Below are positions 59,670-64,000 of a stretch of DNA of 64,000 nt, piece after piece; position 1 is the stretch's first letter, and every line of letters starts with the position of its first letter. The stretch is taken from the NCBI GenBank assembly GCA_025594325.1, contig JANHCV010000009.1, forward strand, positions 744,001 to 808,000, given 5' to 3'. The DNA comes from Blastocladiella emersonii ATCC 22665 (lineage: Eukaryota > Fungi > Blastocladiomycota). The translations under genes and the position numbers were made by a program. The notes beneath the pieces were generated by a model, which was given only the letters and a program-made list of their open reading frames with translations, made no database searches and was not told the origin of the DNA.

Positions 59670-60455
59670 TCAGGTCGACGAGGACAGGCGGCCGCTGCGG
59701 CGCCGCTTGGGCTGCGCCTCGTGCTCGTCGTTGACGACGCACTCCTCGTGCTCCTCCTCGTGCTCCTCCTCGGCGGCCGCGGCGGCGGTCGCCGCCGTGC
59801 GCTTCGTCGCGTTGGCGGTAGACGTCGGGACACCGGCTTGGTCGTCACCGATGGCGGCGGGCGTGCACGCCGCGAGCGCCGCGGTTGTCGGAGCCGCAGC
59901 TGCGGCCGCGTCGTCCATGTCGCACCCGACCGACACGGAGTTCGAGTCCGGCACCCCCACGACGATCTTGTCGATGCTGCCGATCGCGATGAACGAGTGC
60001 GTCCAACTGGGGTCCGCGCAGCTCGGGAAGCCGCCGTACTTCTTGGTGCCGGTGTTCATGCCGCCGGCGTTCTTGGTGTTGGCGGGCGAGTTGATGGCGG
60101 GCGACACAACAGCCGGCGGATGGATCGCGTGCTCCTGCGTCACGGGCGCCGCGGCGGGCGAGACGACGGCGGCCGAGATGTCGACGGGCTGCTGGATCGT
60201 GAGCTGCTGCGCCGCGGGTTCCGCGGCAATCGAGGCGGCGGCCTGCTGCACACCGTGACCAGCGGCGCCCGATGCGACGCCGTTTGCCGCGGCGCGGGCG
60301 GCCTGGTGCGCGGCGAGGTTGTTGACAAGGTTCTCGCGGCCGTCGCGCTTGCACTCGTGGCCCTTCATCGTGCGCGGCACGCCTGCCGAGGTGAAGGCCT
60401 CGTCGCCGGGGAAGCCCGGGTCGTCGTCGGATTCTGACGAGTCCGACGCGTTCAC
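59670..60455 (-). other. Start-less, codon-biased ORF antisense to the helicase inside the element (possible captured gene fragment)
   Basis: 261 codons with host-like GC3 bias, no ATG at its 5' end, ending in an acidic tract and an NLS-like PKRRRS; no domain recognised. Confidence 0.5.
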
Positions 60456-63206
60456 GTCGCAGAGGAACCGCGGCCGCGGCGGTGCCGTCAGCGTCGCGCG
60501 AGCCGGACCCGTGCTTGGCGTCGTCGGTCAGTCGGAGAACGACATTGTTCTCGACCCGACTATCGTCAACTCGGACGTGGAGGGCATCCTGGCTGACGAC
60601 GGCAAAACCGAGGCGAGCCTCGAGCGCATCGAGAGCGTGACTTCTACGCTGATCCCTGGAATGGGCCACGGCATGATGGGCACCCTGCTCTTCCCCGACG
60701 TGCAGCCGTTCGATGTCAACGCCGCGCCGCCGCCGCCGCCGTACCTCGAGACACCCATCTCGCCGACTGACGTCAAGAAGATCATGGCTCAACTGTGCGC
60801 TGCCGCGGCTCAAGGTCATCCGACTGCGGATGTCGGCGCCGTACCTGTCGTTCCCGGGCCCGGGCAGCCACCCATGATCGGTATTGTTCCTGCAGTGCCA
60901 TCTGGAGCCTCGACAAACACATCTCAGCATGGTATCGACCCGGAGATGGCCGTCGACGTGCCCGAACCAGAACTCGGACCAGCCCTCGACGTTTGGCGCA
61001 GCGCCTTCACGACCACGCCAAAGGATCCTGACGCGCTCGCGCGGTTCCTCGTCACCAAGGCCGCGGACTCGATCAGCAACTTTGCCTACGACACACGCGG
61101 CGACGAGTAGAGCGACGAGAAGCAGCGCACTGTGCACACGCCCACGTACGCGAGCCTCGCGCAGGTCTCGCTCAAGTTCAACCTCAACGAAGAGCAGCAC
61201 CGCGCGTTCGTGCTCTTCCTCATGCCGCTCATCGACAGCTTCATCGGCGGCAACGCGGGTATCGCAGACGCTGCGGCCTCGGCCGAGCAGAACTTGATCC
61301 TGCTGGGCCGCGACGACGTCCAACATGTCGTCGGCACCGCGGCCCTCCCGCCCTTGAGCAAGGACCGGACGCCGATCATCCTCACTGGCTCGGGCGGCAC
61401 GGGCAAGTCGCGCGTCGTCAATGCGATCCGATACTTTCTCGCGTCCTGGAACCGGGAAAAGTGCCATATGGTCATGGCCATGACCGGGATCGCGGCCGCC
61501 AACGTTGGCGGTACGACCTTCCACGCCGCGTTCTCTTTCTCGCTAAGGCCGAAAGAAAACAGCCCGGACGTGGCCCGTTTGCGTACAGATCCTGCGGTTG
61601 CCATCGCGTGGAAAGGGCGTCTCGGCGTCGTCATCGACGAGTTCTCCATGTGCGACGCGACTTTACTCGGCCGTATCGACGCGAACCTGCGCCTTCTGCG
61701 GCGGTGCGACGAACCATTCGGCGGGTGCATCGTCGTGCCGGCGATCATTTACAGCTGCCTCCCGTCAACGGAACTGCCCTGTACAAGGTGCCCGCCGTGC
61801 TCAACGACGCGCCGGACTCATTCTACCTGCGCATGACGTCAAATCAATTGACGGTCCCCGAGCACGTGGATCGAGGCCAGGTCGCGTACTGGCGCGCTAC
61901 ACGCGCTGTTCGTCTCGTGAAGAGCAACCGATTTGTCGACGATCCACCATGGGGCAACGAAATGGACGCGCTCCGCCTCGTCGAGGCGTCGGACACGCTG
62001 TGCGACCTGATCAACTCGCGTACGACCACTCAGCTTCAGCAGCAGGTCGACGAAAACGGCAACAACGTCCTCAAGGAGATCCTCAAGCAGCCCGGGCTCA
62101 CGGTTATCGCGCCCGACAACCACACGCGCCACGCCTTCAACCTGCTCTACACGCGGCTCGCAGCAGCAAACCCGAACCGCATCGTGTTCTAGTTCAAGGG
62201 CAACATCACGCGCCCGCGTGATAGGCGCCGCACGCGTGAACGTGTCGCTATCTGCGACAAGGACGTGTTCCGCCTTGGAGGAGAGCCAGAAACCACGACT
62301 GAACTGCCGGCCATCCTCGAGCTCTTCGTCGGAATGGAGATGCGCGTCAAGACCAACCAGTGCGTAGCAAAGGGGTGCGCGAACGGTGCGGTTGGCGTCG
62401 TGCACCACATCGACTGGAAGCCCGAGACCACGTTTACGCGAACCGCGTCCAACATGTACCGGCCATCCTGCGCTCCACTCAACGTGTGGATCGACCTGCC
62501 CGACGCTCCTTGTGGCCCTCGCTTCCCGGGCATGCCGGCCGCGTGGCCTGACACGGTCATCCCGCTTGCCGTGGAGAAGAAGGACCTCCTGTACATGGCG
62601 GGCGGTTCCCCGTCGCGAGAGCGGGTCGTCAGCACAACGGGGGATTCGCTCCCACTCTGTGTCAACAACACCAAGACCAACAGGAGCAAGTATCCTAATC
62701 ATGCCGTCGCGCACATCGAGCAGTACCCGATGGTGCCAGCCTTCGCCATGATGGTCCACGGGGTTCAAGGCGTGACCAAGAACGCCATCGCCCTGGCAGC
62801 TCCGCGTCCCGCGGGCATGGAGCGTCTCATCAGCGGCGCTTCCCTGTACGTGGCGTTATCGCGGCTTTGTCGCTCAAAGTACCTGTGGGTGCTTCAGCCG
62901 ATCCCGAGAGCCGTGCTCAAGTCCATGAAGCCGGATCCACTCGCAGTGGCCGAGGACAACCGGCTCCAGATGCTCGACGAGCTGACCAAGACCGCTTTCG
63001 ATCAAGGTACAGCCATCGCGCCAGGCGACCCGCGCATCGCTAAACTCTTTGACGACGCGACTCTCTTCTCGCGCCAGCACGCGGCTGAGAAGATAGTCGC
63101 CAAGCGCGCGTCAGATGCTCTCAACGCAAGGTTTCGGCGATTGGCCAACAAACGTGCTGGAGGCGAGGACGGCTCACAGAACGCCAAGAAACAGAAAACA
63201 CAGTAG
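60440..63206 (+). pseudogene. PIF1-family (SF1B) helicase of Helitron type, disrupted
   Basis: LNEEQHRAF, Walker A GSGGTGKS (61387-61410), TGIAAANVGGTTFH, VIDEFSM, GDHLQLPPV, LFVGMEMRV..N, YVALSR. TAG at 61108-10 and 62190-92, frameshift near 61738. No HUH Rep motifs found; the 5' limit is approximate. Confidence 0.88.
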
Positions 63207-63554
63207 AGTATTAACCTAGTGTATTCTATCATCTAATCCATCAATAGCACGATTTCCATAGCTCGATCACCTAAATCTCCTGTGCGGGACGCACGCGACA
63301 GCACCTCCACCACTCGTGCACCATACGTGGCGGGGGCTTAAGCCCTCGATTGAAAACCAAACGCGAAGCGTTTAGGTGCCTCAAGTATAATTAATACATC
63401 ATGCTTGCCCAGCCCGTTCGGAGCGGACGCGTCGTTCACGAGCACGAGGGCCACGTGGTGGAGGTCGAAGGAGCGTGGGACTCATCTTCCTCGCCGCTCC
63501 GCCCCGTTCGCCGCTCCCCGTTGAGCACTCCACTCCCATGTAACTGCCACCCCC

Positions 63555-64000
63555 ATGAATCGACACTCTATGCATTCTTCCGGACTCGCGGGCCTAGGCG
63601 CGCTGCCGACCGAGCTCGTTGGTTTGGTCGTTCAGCTCGCCCGCCCCAGGCTCGCGCTCTGCCTTGCGACTCGCGAGCTTTACGGATCAGCGCGCAACTC
63701 GCTGGTCAAGCGGCTTTGGCTTGATTACTTGCTTGAAGTTGGACCGTCCGAGGACGACCGGCTAACTTACGCCCAGGACGAGGCGCTACTCGTCACCGAC
63801 ATTGGTGCACTGCTGGAATCCGGAGCTGGAAATGCTGTCAATCGAATTGCACCGGGCGATCTCGACTTTGACCGTGTCACCTCGTTGTACACGATCCTCG
63901 CGGAGCGACTTGTACGCCTGGCTCGACCCGTCATCGAGTCCGAGTTTTTTCAGGAAGACGTCTTCTCCGAGGACTTGCGGGACTTGTACGTGGGCCGTGG
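63555..64000 (+). CDS. F-box-like family copy F, 3'-partial (close paralog of copy B)
   Basis: MNRHSMHSSGLAGLGALPTELVGLVVQLARPRLALCLATRELYGSARNSLVKRLW; open to the window end; absent from the ORF track because it has no stop. Confidence 0.85.
   Translation, partial: MNRHSMHSSGLAGLGALPTELVGLVVQLARPRLALCLATRELYGSARNSLVKRLWLDYLLEVGPSEDDRLTYAQDEALLVTDIGALLESGAGNAVNRIAPGDLDFDRVTSLYTILAERLVRLARPVIESEFFQEDVFSEDLRDLYVGR

Larger units (their letters stand above)
59289..63375 (+). mobile_element. Helentron / HLE2-type Helitron-like element, non-autonomous or decayed
   Basis: 17-bp inverted repeats ATCGAGGGCTAAAGCCC (59289-59305) and GGGCTTAAGCCCTCGAT (63334-63350), 16/17 match, each containing a hairpin. 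A 3' stem-loop AAACGC-GAA-GCGTTT lies at 63359-63373. Internal PIF1 helicase remnant; no target-site duplication seen. Confidence 0.72.

Noticed and set aside
10558-62192. Recurrent in-frame TAG codons (copy A, helicase twice, ACC) suggesting stop-codon reassignment
   Set aside because: TAG terminates conserved genes here (PLD1, CorA copy 1), and the broken loci also contain TGA/TAA stops and frameshifts. This is decay, not recoding.
59279-63349. Canonical Helitron reading on the minus strand (A|TC at 63349 ... hairpin, 9 nt, CTAG|T at 59279)
   Set aside because: It fits the TC...CTAG/AT rule but puts the helicase antisense and ignores the paired inverted repeats and the extra 3' stem-loop. 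Kept only as the less likely alternative until other copies are aligned.
1-64000. tRNA, rRNA, CRISPR arrays, telomeric repeats, LTR elements or giant-virus hallmark genes
   Set aside because: None recognised by eye; no regularly spaced repeats, cloverleafs or RT/integrase/capsid motifs. A covariance-model scan was not possible.

Overview
Eukaryotic, GC-rich, intron-containing DNA (most introns about 50-115 nt, donors often GTACGY, CTRAC-type branch points). A TMEM218-like ciliary gene points to a flagellated (zoosporic) fungus, plausibly Blastocladiomycota; the taxon is an inference. Core genes: RFC small subunit, Ssk2-type MAPKKK, RRP5, ATP4, CaMK, phospholipase D, OPT transporter, two tandem CorA transporters and an intron-bearing MscL channel. 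Around them are accessory blocks. (1) A lineage-specific F-box-like gene family is present as two inverted paralogous clusters (9.9-18.3 kb on minus, 56.5-64 kb on plus), with intact, disrupted and deleted copies. (2) A decayed acetyl-CoA carboxylase duplicate is joined to the tail of one family member. (3) A Helentron/HLE2-type element carries a decayed PIF1 helicase and has recognisable termini. (4) A TMEM218 / pseudo-TMEM218 duplication flanks a catalytically dead Ulp-type SUMO protease. The most notable find is an apparent single gene joining an atypical homeodomain to a PNUTS/Ppn1 module, i.e. the plant LUMINIDEPENDENS architecture, in a fungus. All alignments and counts were done by eye; no database searches were run.
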